A stretch of 64,000 bases of DNA from Heptranchias perlo (lineage: Eukaryota), in assembly GCF_035084215.1 (NCBI RefSeq), contig NC_090340.1:4836001-4900000 (forward strand), read 5' to 3'. This document shows, piece by piece, positions 25,673 to 36,254 of this stretch. Below the pieces are notes generated by a model, which was not told where the DNA came from, did not search any database, and saw nothing but the letters and a program-made list of their open reading frames with translations. The first letter of the stretch is position 1, and every line of letters starts with the position of its first letter. The position numbers and the translations under genes were made by a program.

Positions 25673-25989
25673 CAATAGAGCAGTTTTATTAAGGGACTTG
25701 GAACTTCACAGCCGGTCCTGCGTGGTACCTTAAACCGTTTGATCAATTGAAGCTAATCATTTGTATACAGTTATATAGCTCCAGGGTCTTATTTCTTTGT
25801 TTCCATTTAAAGTTTATTTACTTCCCAATTTTCCGCTGATATTTCCTTTAACGAAGACGACTGCCCTCCCTTTTCTTCGCTCGTAGTCACCGCCCGTTCC
25901 CTATCTGGTCTCCCGTGACCGATTGCCATGTCCAATTCAGCTATAAAGGATCTCCATCCCACAATTCCCAATTTTATATCAGGAAATAA

Positions 25990-28790
25990 ACCAGCAACAG
26001 CAACTTGCATTTATATAGCGCCTTTAACGTAGTAAAACGTCCCAAAGAGCTTCACGGAAACGTTATCAGGCAAAACTGATACCGGACCACATCAAGAGAT
26101 ATTAGCTTATATGGACACAAGCTTGGTCAAAGAGCGACTTAAAGGAGGAGAGAGAGGTCGAGAGGCGGAGCGTTTCAGGGGGATATTCCAAAGCTGAGGG
26201 CCCAGGCAGCTGAAGGCACGGCTACCGAAAGGACTTCAATAAATGCAAAAAGCTGCTTGGTAACATGCCCATTAATAAACGAGTGTGCGTTCTGGTTCGT
26301 TTCTCTTTGATGTATAATTTTCTTTTTTTGCGATCAATGTGTGTTTGTACAGGTATTTTTCACCGCGCACTACTGTGTGATGTAATTCCGGGTCTTCAGT
26401 GAGCCATTCCCTCTTCCAATGATCTCCACACACTCTCATGCTTCCTACAATAGTAATCTGCACCCTTGTGTTTGTCTGACTCCCTCGAGACCCAGTACCC
26501 CTGGGACTAACACAATCCTCGGTCGTTTTTACCAAGGAAGGGAAATGGAGTTCAGATACAATCAGTCATGATCTAATTGAATGGTGCAAGATGCTTGAGG
26601 AGCTGAATGGCCTCCTCCTCTTCCCATGTTCCGATGCCTCCTACATTTTTTGTCTCCAAAACATTTAAGGTGGGCTCAGAGTTTGAATTAAATACTGGAT
26701 TGATTTACAAACAGTTAGTCAGCAGGAAACATGCAGAAAATCTTAAGTTTGTGTATAACGACATAAGTCTGGCCTTTTAAAGCTGCGTTCTGCTTTTGAC
26801 AGCAGTGGGTGTGGGAAGTCTTTTGACCACAGTTCATAACAAGCCCCCGCACTCACTTTCAGTTCATTTCAACAAAGACCACTTTGGTCTCCATACTTTT
26901 GCGCTTCAGTGCTTCCCTCTCTCTAGTCTCTGTGGTTAAATGCATAAATGTTTAATGTAGTCTTTGAATTGCCTGGAAGGCATTGCAGATTGAGGTTGAC
27001 ATGAAATAATCCATATTGATGTTGCAAGCATGAGTGTATGTGGCCAGCTCCGACCACTTCCTTGTATTCAACACCATCCACATCCCCCTATACCCGTCAA
27101 ACTCAAATTACCCCCAACGATCTGCTCTTGCACGCTTCTCTTCCATATCTACAAGATGTCCGTTAGCAACATCATTCACTGACATGAGGACAGCTTCCAC
27201 ATGGACGCTGAAGACAACAACAACAACTTGCATTTATATGGCGCCTTTAACACGGTAAAACGTCCCAAGGCGCTTCAAATGAGCGGTATCAAACAAAATT
27301 TGACTCTGAACCACATAAAAAGTTATTAGATCAGGAGACCAAAGCTTGTTCAAACAGGTAGGATTTAAGGACCGTCTTAAAGGAGGAGGGAGAGGTCGAG
27401 CGGGGAGAGCTTTGGGAAGGAATTCCAGATTTTTGTGCCTAGGCAGTTGAATTGCTGCCAATTGTGGAGCGATGAAAAACGGAGATGTCCAAGTGGCCAG
27501 AATTGGAGGAGTGCGGAGATCTCGGATGGCTAGACGAGGTTACAGAGATAGAGAGGGGCAAGGCCATGAAGGGATTGGAAATGAGAATTTAAAATCGAGG
27601 TGTTCCCAGACGGGGAGCCAATGTAGGTCAGCGAGCTAAGGCTGATGGGCGAACGGGCCTTGGGGTCCGTTAGGATATGGACAGCAGGGTTTTGGATCAG
27701 CTCAAGTCTATGGAGGGTGCAAGCTAGGAAGCCAGCCAGGAAATCATTGGAACAGTCGAGTCTAGAGGTAACAAACAAGAACAACAATAACTTGCATTTA
27801 TATAGCGACCTTAAAGTAGTAAAACGTCTAAAGGCTCTTCAGAGGAGGCTTATCAAACAAATATTGACACTGAGCCACGTAAGGATATATTAGGACAGGT
27901 GACCAAAAGCTTGGTCAAAGATGTAGGTTTTAAGGAGCGTCTTAAAGGAGGGAGAGAGACAGTGAGTTGGAGAAGTTTAGGCAGGGAATTCCAGAGCTTA
28001 GGCATGGATGAGCGTTTCAGCAGCAGATGAAACGAGGCAGGGGCAGAGACCGGTCACATTATGGAGGTGGAAGTAGGTGGTCTTGGTGGTGGAGAGGGTA
28101 TGGGGTCAGAAGCTTAGTTGAGGATCAAATAGGACGCCAAGTTGTGAACAGTCCGGTTCAGCCTCAAGTAGTGGACAGGGAAAGGGATCGAGTTGGTGGC
28201 TAAGGAATGGAGTTTGTAGCAGGGACGTCTTAACAATATTTAATTGGTGGAAATTTTTGCTCATCCAGTACTGGATGTCGGTCAAGCAGTGTGACAAATC
28301 AGAGGCAGTGGAGGGGTCAAGAGAGGTGGTGGTGAGGTAGAGCTGGGTGTCCTCAACGTACATGTGGAACCTGACGTTGTGTTTTCGGATGATGTCGCCG
28401 AGGGCCAGCATGTAAATGGTTGGGAGACACCAGAGGTAACGATGCGGGAACGGGAAGAGAAGCCATTGCAGGTGATTCTCTGGCTACGACTGGATAGATA
28501 AGAATGGAACCGAGTGAGTGCAGTCCCACCCAGCTGGACAATGGAAGAGAGGCCTTCGATGAAGATGGTGCAGTCAACTGTGTTAAAGGCCGCAAACATT
28601 TCGAGAGGGATGAGGAGGGATAGTTTACGATGGCCACAGCCACACAGTACGTCATTTGACTTTGATGAGGGCCGTTTCACTTTTGTGGCAGGGCATAAAC
28701 CTGATTGGAGAGATTCAAAAATAATTTTGTGGGAAAGATGGGCATGGATTTGGGAGGTGATAATACGTTTAAGGACTTTCGAGAGGAAAT
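25990..28790 (-). mobile_element. Several L2 LINE fragments (25990-26230, 27215-27780, 27780-28790)
   Basis: L2 RT pieces (FESLQSG, AAFNTVD, HMYVEDTQLY, VTSRLDCSN) and L2 tails (CAA)n-CTTGCATTTATATAGCGCC. Confidence 0.85.
26265..26542 (+). pseudogene. Relic C: leader exon (MYNFLFLRSMCVCT, 26310-26352; in-frame upstream ATG at 26265) plus start of a V exon (VPLGLTQSSVVFTKEG, from 26496), truncated by a CR1 tail
   Basis: Same C-T-G|GT leader end as gene B; intron motifs similar to gene B intron 1 (gatctccac..taatctg..ttgtgtttgtctgac); V-like A-strand Q...EG. Confidence 0.45.
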
Positions 28791-29734
28791 GGACGATTCC
28801 CAACTCTGCTTGTCCACCCAGCCTCTCCCGCCCTCCACTGCCAGTATGATGTCATATTGCTTGTTCCCAACATCTCGTCTCGGATGAGCCGTAATTTCCT
28901 TGAACTAAAAAACCAATGCACATTTTGCGCTACTGGCACAGATTAATTTGACCTCAGTCTCCTATGACATGAGATTATCACAGTACGATCACTTAGTGAT
29001 ATTGGTCTTGGGTCCTATCAGAAAACGGTGATAGGAAATTGGCAGACCATTTTACATGCCGCCAGATTTTGCTTCCCATTTGGCTGGATTTTGCTCTAAA
29101 TTTAACGGCAAGGCTAAGATCGTTCACCATTATTTTAGCGCAAATCAGACAGCAGCTTAAGGCGACCGCACGTGATCAATGAAACACTGAACTCCGGAAG
29201 TTACTGTACCAGATGCCTGCTCATCTATCAGCTTCGCGGGAAGGAGATCTCAGTGCAAGGCTCATTATTGAAATGATTGCAACAGAGTGAGGTTTCTCGA
29301 CTGCCCTGATAGAAATGAACTAATCCCTCCAGAAAAAGGTATGTCAAGTTTTTTTAAGACTAAGCAAGCTTTTAATGGCGTGGTAAGTCTGAATGACTAT
29401 CAAACAACCACTCTGGCACTGAAAATTTACTTTTACACGTGTGGAGTCTCATTCCATCACATTTTAATTGTTTTTGGACTTTTAAAATACATATTTTTAT
29501 TTATATTACTTTATCTTTCTGTCCCTTTTATCTCTGCCTTTTATTTTGGTTTCTGTAACTGATTTTACTTTACATTTACGATTCTAACTTACATTTCCTG
29601 CTCCTGTGTCTGCAGTGCTTATTAACATGCTTCAAACTGATTGGTAAGGGGATACACAGCAACTTGCCGGTTCACACAGGTTCCAGATGTCGGGGAGAGG
29701 ACACCACGCTGGATTCAGGAACAAATAAGAAAAT

Positions 29735-30066
29735 AAGAACATAAGAACTAGGAGCAGGAGTAGGCCAATCGGCCCCTCGAGCCTGCTCCGCCATTCAATA
29801 AGATCATGGCTGATCTGATCCTAACCTCAAATCTAAATTCATGTCCAATTTCCTGCCCGCTCCCCGAAACCCCTAATTCCCTTTACTTCGAGGAAACTGT
29901 CTATTTCTGTTTAAAATTTATTTAATGATGTAGCTTCCACAGCTTCCTGGGGCAGCAAATTCCACAGACCTACTACCCTCCGAGTGAAGAAGTTTCTCCT
30001 CATCTCAGTTTTGAAAGAGAAGCCCCTTATTCTAAGATTATGCCCCCTCGTTCTAGTTTCACCCAG
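29735..30066 (-). mobile_element. CR1 3' fragment almost identical to 9633-9970
   Basis: Direct sequence match including the 3' UTR. Confidence 0.9.
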
Positions 30067-31269
30067 TGTGAGGAACTTGCAGTGCAGAAGCCCATGAAAA
30101 GTCTAATAGCACGTCCAAGACTAACCAGCGGCTGGTTCGCTGCTCAGAGCAAAATCCAAGTAGTAGACCACATGGGGGTAGATTTTCTTCTTCACTGCCT
30201 TGACGGCAATGTGGTAAAAGGCCAATCATATGAACTTTATAGAACTGGCCTAATGTTTATTCCAATGATTTCAGTCGAATGAATATCAGACTGGTTCTAC
30301 AATGATTGAAATCCTGCAGATTTTGCTCTGCGCTGGTCCTCCCAGCGACACTTAACATCCGATTGGTAAAGGCCAAAACAAGCCCCATTTACTTTTCCTG
30401 TTGCTAAGGAAAAGTGAATATATGGTGGGCGCTCCCACCATAAGGATATGGACATGTTGATGAACTCAGGTAAAGAAAACTGGCCGAATGTCTCTGCAGC
30501 GCTGTGATTGAACGATGTATGAATATCAACAATGATCAAATATATAGGGAAGTGCGATTCCAACAATCGTTAAGAAATGATAATATCTGAGAACAAGTCT
30601 TCATAACGGAAGTTGTAATTTTGGATTGGTGTTCTGGAGAATTTGCTTCATTTTCTGCGGGTGTCCAGGAGAAAGTTCAGATTTCGTTCTTCTTAAATGT
30701 TTTACGTGTGGTTACGCCCCATCTTTCCACGCCTCCCCCGCGGGATATTAACTAAAGGGAGAAAGTTTGCAGTGTGGCATATTGCACACTGAGGTAATCG
30801 AACAAGTGAACTTGACGAATCAAATAGACTTTGACTGTTCTCATTTTCCTCTGTTTGTGAGTGCAGGAATATTAATCAATTATTGTGGAAACCACAGACT
30901 TTGATGTGTACAATACAATTTTAATAAACAGTAAAGTGGACATTTCCTGTAATATAATCACGGTAGTAATTTCCTTAATTTACATTGGAGAAAGTTGAGT
31001 GAAAAACCGAATCTGATGCAATGAAATGCTTAAATTTGACGGTAGAGACCAATTGAACAGGTGGGTTAACCACAAACCTGATCCCAGCTAGTCAGCAAGC
31101 TACTCTTCTTGTTAACTAACTGCAGCTGGAGTGTGTAATAAAACGGGTTTGCTGAGAACACCAATATCTGGATAATTTACATCAGCTTTCATTTCCAATT
31201 GAAAACATCTTAGTTTCAATAAGCCTTTGAATTTCTTGATTTTTATTGGTGTAATTCAGTAACAAGATT

Positions 31270-33776
31270 GAAATACAGGCAAAAGACAGAAAGATGCAAT
31301 AACTATAGAGTAGTGATAATGGGGTCTTTAATTACCCCAATATAGACAGAGACAATGAAAATGTAAAGTGCAAAGAGGGGGAGGAATTCCTAAAATGTGT
31401 TCGTCAGAACTTCCTGGAACAGAGTGTTTCCAGTGCAACCAGGAAGGAAGCGGTGCTGGATCTAGTTCTGGAGAATGATGTGGGGCAGGTGGAGCATGCT
31501 TCAGTGGGGGAGCTTTTGGGAAACAGTGATCATTATCATTAGGTTTAGAATATTTATGGAAAGGGACAAGGAACAATCAATTGTGAAAATGCTTAACTCA
31601 AGGAGGGCAAATTTCAGTGAATTAAAAAGGAATTTTATCCAGGTAGATTGGAATCAGAAATTGGTCGGCAAAACAGTAAATTAACAATGTGAGGCCTTCA
31701 AGGAGGAGTTGGTTCAGATACGGGGGGTTGAGAAAGGAAGGGCAAGCAAAGCTAGAGCTCCCTGGATGACTAAAGATATAGAGATTAATATGAAACAGAA
31801 AAAGGAGGCTTAAGTCGAATGTAAGATTCATAAAGCAGTAGAGAACCAAGCTGACTACAGAAAGTACAGAGGAGACCTAAAAACGGAATAAGGGGGAGCA
31901 AAGAGAGAGTATGAGAACACATTAGCGGCTAACATAAAAGGGAACCCTTTTATGAACATATAACTAGTAAAAGGGTAGAAGAAAGCCTGGGACCGATTAG
32001 GGACAAAAAACAGATCTTCTTATGGAGTCAGAGGGTATGGCTGAGGTATTAAATGAGTACTTCACATCCGTCTTCACTGGAGAAGAGGATGCTGCTATTG
32101 TAGCTGTAAAGGAGGAGGTAGTAGCGATATTGGATAGGATAAAAATATATAAAGAGGGGGCATTAAAAGATTGGCGGTACCCAAAGTAGAAAAGTCATCC
32201 GGTCCAGATGGGATGCACCCTAGGTTACTGAGGGAAGTAAGGGTGGAAATTGCAAAGGCTCTGGCCACAATTTTGCAATCCTCATTAGATATGGAGATGT
32301 TGCAGGAGGACTGGAGGATTGCAAATATTACACTCGTGTTCAAAAAATGGGAGATGAATAAACCCGGCAATTACAGGCCAATCAGCCTAACGTCAGTGGT
32401 GGGGAAACTTTCAGAGGCAATAATCCGGGATAAAATTAATTGGCACTTGAAAAATTACGGGCCAATAAATGCAAGTCAGCATAAATGTGTTAAAGGAAAA
32501 TCGTGTTTGACTAACTTGATTGAGTTATTTGATGAAGTAACGGAGATGGTTGATGAGGATAGTGCGGTTGATGTTGTGTATATGGACTTTCAAAAGACAT
32601 TTGATGAAGTACCCTATAATAGACTTGTTAGGAAAATTAAAGCCCATGGGATTAAAGGCACTGTGGCAACGTGGATACAAAATTGGCTAGGGGATAGAAA
32701 GCAGAGAGTAGTGATGAACACTTGTCTTTCAGACTAGAGGGAAGTATACAGTGGTGTACCCGAGGGGTCAGTATTAGGACCACCACTCTTTTTGATATAT
32801 ATTAATGGCCTGGACTTGGGTATAGAGGGTATAATTTCCAAGTTTTCAGATGACATGAAACTTGGCAATGTAGTAAACAATGTGGAGGATAGTAACAGAC
32901 TTTATGAGGACAAAGACATACTGGTGAAATGGGCAGACACATGGCAGATGACATTTAATGCAGAGAAGTGTGAAGTGATGAATTTTGGTGGGAAGAATGA
33001 GGAGAGGCAATATAAACTAAATGGTACAATTTTCAAGGGGGTGCATGAACAGAGAGACCTGGGGGTCACATACACAAATCTTTGAAAGTAGCAGGACAAA
33101 TTGAGGAGGCTGTAAAAAAAGCATATGGGATCCTGGGTTTATTAATAGAGACATAGATTACAAAAGCAAGGACATTTTGCTAAACCTTTATAAAACACTG
33201 GTTAGGCCTCAACTGGAGTATTGTGGTCAATTCTGGGCACCAGACTTTAGGAAGGATGTCAAGGCCTTAGAGGTGGTGCAGAAGAGATTTACTAGAATGG
33301 TGCCAGAGACGAGGGATTTCAGTTATATGGATAGATTGGAGAAACTGGGTTGTTCTCCTTGGAACAGAGATGGTTAAGGGCAGATTTGATAGAGGTGTTA
33401 AAAATCATGACGGTTTTGACAGAATAAATCAGGAGAAACTGTTTCCAGTGGCAGAAGTGTCGGTAACCAGAGGGCACAGTTTTATAGTGATCAGCAAAAG
33501 AGCTAGAGGTGACATGAGGAAATATTTCCTTATGCAGCGAGTTGTGATGATCTGGAATGCACTGTTTGAAAGGATGGTGGAAGCAGATTCCATCGTAACT
33601 TTCACAAGGCTATTGGATAAATACTCAAGGGGGAAAAAGTACAGGGCTATGGGGAAAGAGCAGAGGAATTAGACTAATTGGATAGCTCTTTCCAAGTGCC
33701 GGCACAGGCACGATGGGCCGAATGGTCTCATCCTGTGCTGTACCTACTCTGATACTATGATACTATGATACTATGA
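31270..33776 (+). mobile_element. Long degenerate CR1 ORF2 plus 3' UTR
   Basis: LDLVL/SDH endonuclease end; RT ORFs 32171-32737, 32792-33085, 33177-33672; (TACTATGA)n tail. Confidence 0.92.
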
Positions 33777-34198
33777 AGACATGGAAGAATACTTTTCGCA
33801 CAAATGTAGTCAAAACGCCAATGCTGGACAACATTTAGAAAGATTGTGAATGTATTCCCGGAAAATATTTAACGTGTTAGCCTTTTCCTTATCTTTATTC
33901 CGAAGACCTTGCTACAAATTCAAATACAAGAATAACTTGTGGTAATATTCCGGAATGGAACTTGTGAAGTTTTGAATGACTCTCTTCGTTCCAGTGTCCG
34001 CAGCCGGGGAGCGGATGTGGAGATGTTGCATCAACAGGTACAAATTGTGTGGCGCCTTTCAGCTACATTCTACACGGAGTGTCATTTTTAAAAACACTGA
34101 TAAAGGAAAATGCAAAAAGTATTAAAAATTCTCCATTTCCCGAGATGGAAACTCTCAGTGATCAGCGACTTGAACAGAAGTAAATTCTATTGGCTTTT

Positions 34199-34648
34199 TT
34201 ATTTTGTGAAATGGGTTCCCAACACACTGGCCGGGTCCTTGAACTCAATCTGCCCGTACACTGTGGTCTCCTCCTGCCCGTACACTATGGTCTCCTCCTG
34301 CCCATACACTATGGTCTCCTCCTGCCCGTACACTATGGTCTCCTCCTGCCCGTACACTATGGTCTCCCCCTGCCCATGCACTATGGTCTCCCCCTGCCCG
34401 TACACTATGGTCTCCTCCTACGCATACACTATGGTCTCCTCCTGCCCGTACACTATGGTCTCCTCCTGCCCGTACACTATGGTCTCCTCCTGCCCGTACA
34501 CTATGGTCTCCTCCTGCCCATACACTATGGTCTCCTCCTGCCCGCACACTATGGTCTCCTCCTGCCCTTTAAGTTCTGGATATTCTTTCTGACCGACGAA
34601 CTCTAGATCACAGTAGATCATTCTTTCTTCAGCTACCATTTGCGGAAT
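34199..34648 (-). CDS. Gene D terminal cytoplasmic exon IPQMVAEERMIYCDLEFVGQKEYPELKGQ(EETIVYGQ)x13-IEFKDPASVLGTHFTK*, with in-frame TAG at 34418-34420
   Basis: Minus-strand acceptor ttctgaacactattacAG, phase 0. Colinear with the gene A tyrosine exons. AATAAA on the minus strand at 33894-33899. Confidence 0.7.
34250..34567. repeat. 24-bp tandem repeat, 13 units plus 6 bp (CTGCCCGTACACTATGGTCTCCTC)
   Basis: Units start at 34250 and every 24 bp thereafter, with few substitutions. Confidence 0.98.
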
Positions 34649-35162
34649 CTGTAATAGTGTTCAGAAATAATGTTAATATTCTGTCTTCACCAGTAAGCAG
34701 ATTGCTACATCACACAACCTTGAATAGATCGGCATAGGAAGAGGCACTTGCGAACTGTGAGTACCGACCAGACCTTCTTTCACCCGCCTGAAGCAGTTCC
34801 TGCATACACTCGGTACACCTCAATTCTGAGCCATGCTGCCGCTTTCATCATGGTGTTCTGCCAATTTTCCAACGAAATTAAAATGAGAGACTGGAAGATT
34901 CCCATGAAATTTCACAGCCCATCTGTCCATGGTGAGTTTCAGTAAAATATTGTGGGGCTTTTTTCCCCAGAAACCTAATTGGCCCGCTGCACAGATTTTC
35001 TGATTTACAGAAGAGTCGACAATTGTTCGTAGGTCTGATCGAATCTGTTTATCTCGATTGGTAAAATTATTATATTTTTCTTTTTTACAGTAATATTTTA
35101 GAGTAATATTTTGAAACTTGAAAACAATCACGAATCAACTAGAGAAAAAGGGGGATACGTAC

Positions 35163-35276
35163 CTTTGAATCTATGCAATTTCGATAGTTTCACTGTGATG
35201 CTCACCAGTACCAGAATTAACAGTCCAAACCCGAAACAGAGATACATCAACACGAGTGGAAAACCGCGATCGGTAT
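35163..35276 (-). CDS. Gene D transmembrane exon (D)TDRGFPLVLMYLCFGFGLLILVLVSITVKLSKLHRFK(G)
   Basis: Acceptor tgtattttgcAG, donor G|GTACGT, 114 bp, phase 1-1; uncharged helix; TDR-FP start shared with the gene B TM exon. Confidence 0.85.
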
Positions 35277-36254
35277 CTGCAAAATACATAGAACTGATAC
35301 TTAAAATTCCAATTGATCAGTAACAGGGATTCTGTTAGAAGTCTGAGACAGTGAATAATCTCGTTCTGATAGGGAAGGAAATGTAAGATTATAACGGAAT
35401 AAAAGATACAAATTTTTGAAATTCTGCAGTTGCTGTTCCGGGGTTTCGCCACAACTTCGGCAGGAGATCAGCGGAACCCCCAGTGAAATGACATAGGCAC
35501 TAAAATTGTAGAGCACCATTAATGGTCTCCCTATATAACTTCGGCAAGACATCGACAGCAGCCCCAAAGAAATAATTTAGATGGCCATGTTTAGTTTTTC
35601 CTTCTCTGGTGTTTCCGCTAGTCTCCCGTCCGAATTCTGCCGCTGGTACAGTGGCACCTCATGCAATTTCAGGCCTATGGAACCTCCCTCACCTGTGATA
35701 TTAAAGATTCTCTCTCCGTCTCCCCTCTTCTACTTCTGTCTCCTTCTCTTTCCCCTTTTGCTCTCTGTCCCTAAGTTCTGTTGGCTTCTCTCTCAACCAT
35801 CTTCTGCTTTCTTCTCGGCATATATATTCTATCCTTGGAGATCGGAGGTAGTGAGTGGCACACAGTGTTGAGAAAGATGAAAGAGTAACTAATGGCTCTA
35901 AGCTGTCGTATGGGAGGGGATACGGGGAAACTCTGGCCCTCAGTAGATTCATTATCTTCCTCTTCCCAATTATTCATGATCACCCACCCACTCATTGCTC
36001 TAATGTTCCTATCTCTTCACCTTTCTACTGTCACCTTCCCTTCATATCACTCTTTACCCCGATCAATGTCCTACCTCTTCCTTATTGAACTCTCCTCTCA
36101 TGCTCTACATACTCCTGTCCACTTGCTCCCCTGTCAACCCCCTTAACTGTAATCCGCTATCCTCTTCGCCAGTTCTGCTCTCCCAATTATACATCTATTG
36201 TCTGTGTTCAGGATCTAAGGCATCCTTGCCCTTTGCCGGTTTCTCACTCTCTAG

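Noticed and set aside
34250-34567. CRISPR-like appearance of regular repeats (also 14245-14645, 62650-62847)
   Set aside because: Head-to-tail units without unique spacers, no cas genes, vertebrate context.
34110-34606. Plus-strand ORFs (CPYTMVSS)n and (PVHYGLLL)n over the 24-bp repeat
   Set aside because: No supporting gene context; only the minus frame continues into homologous non-repetitive exon sequence on both sides.
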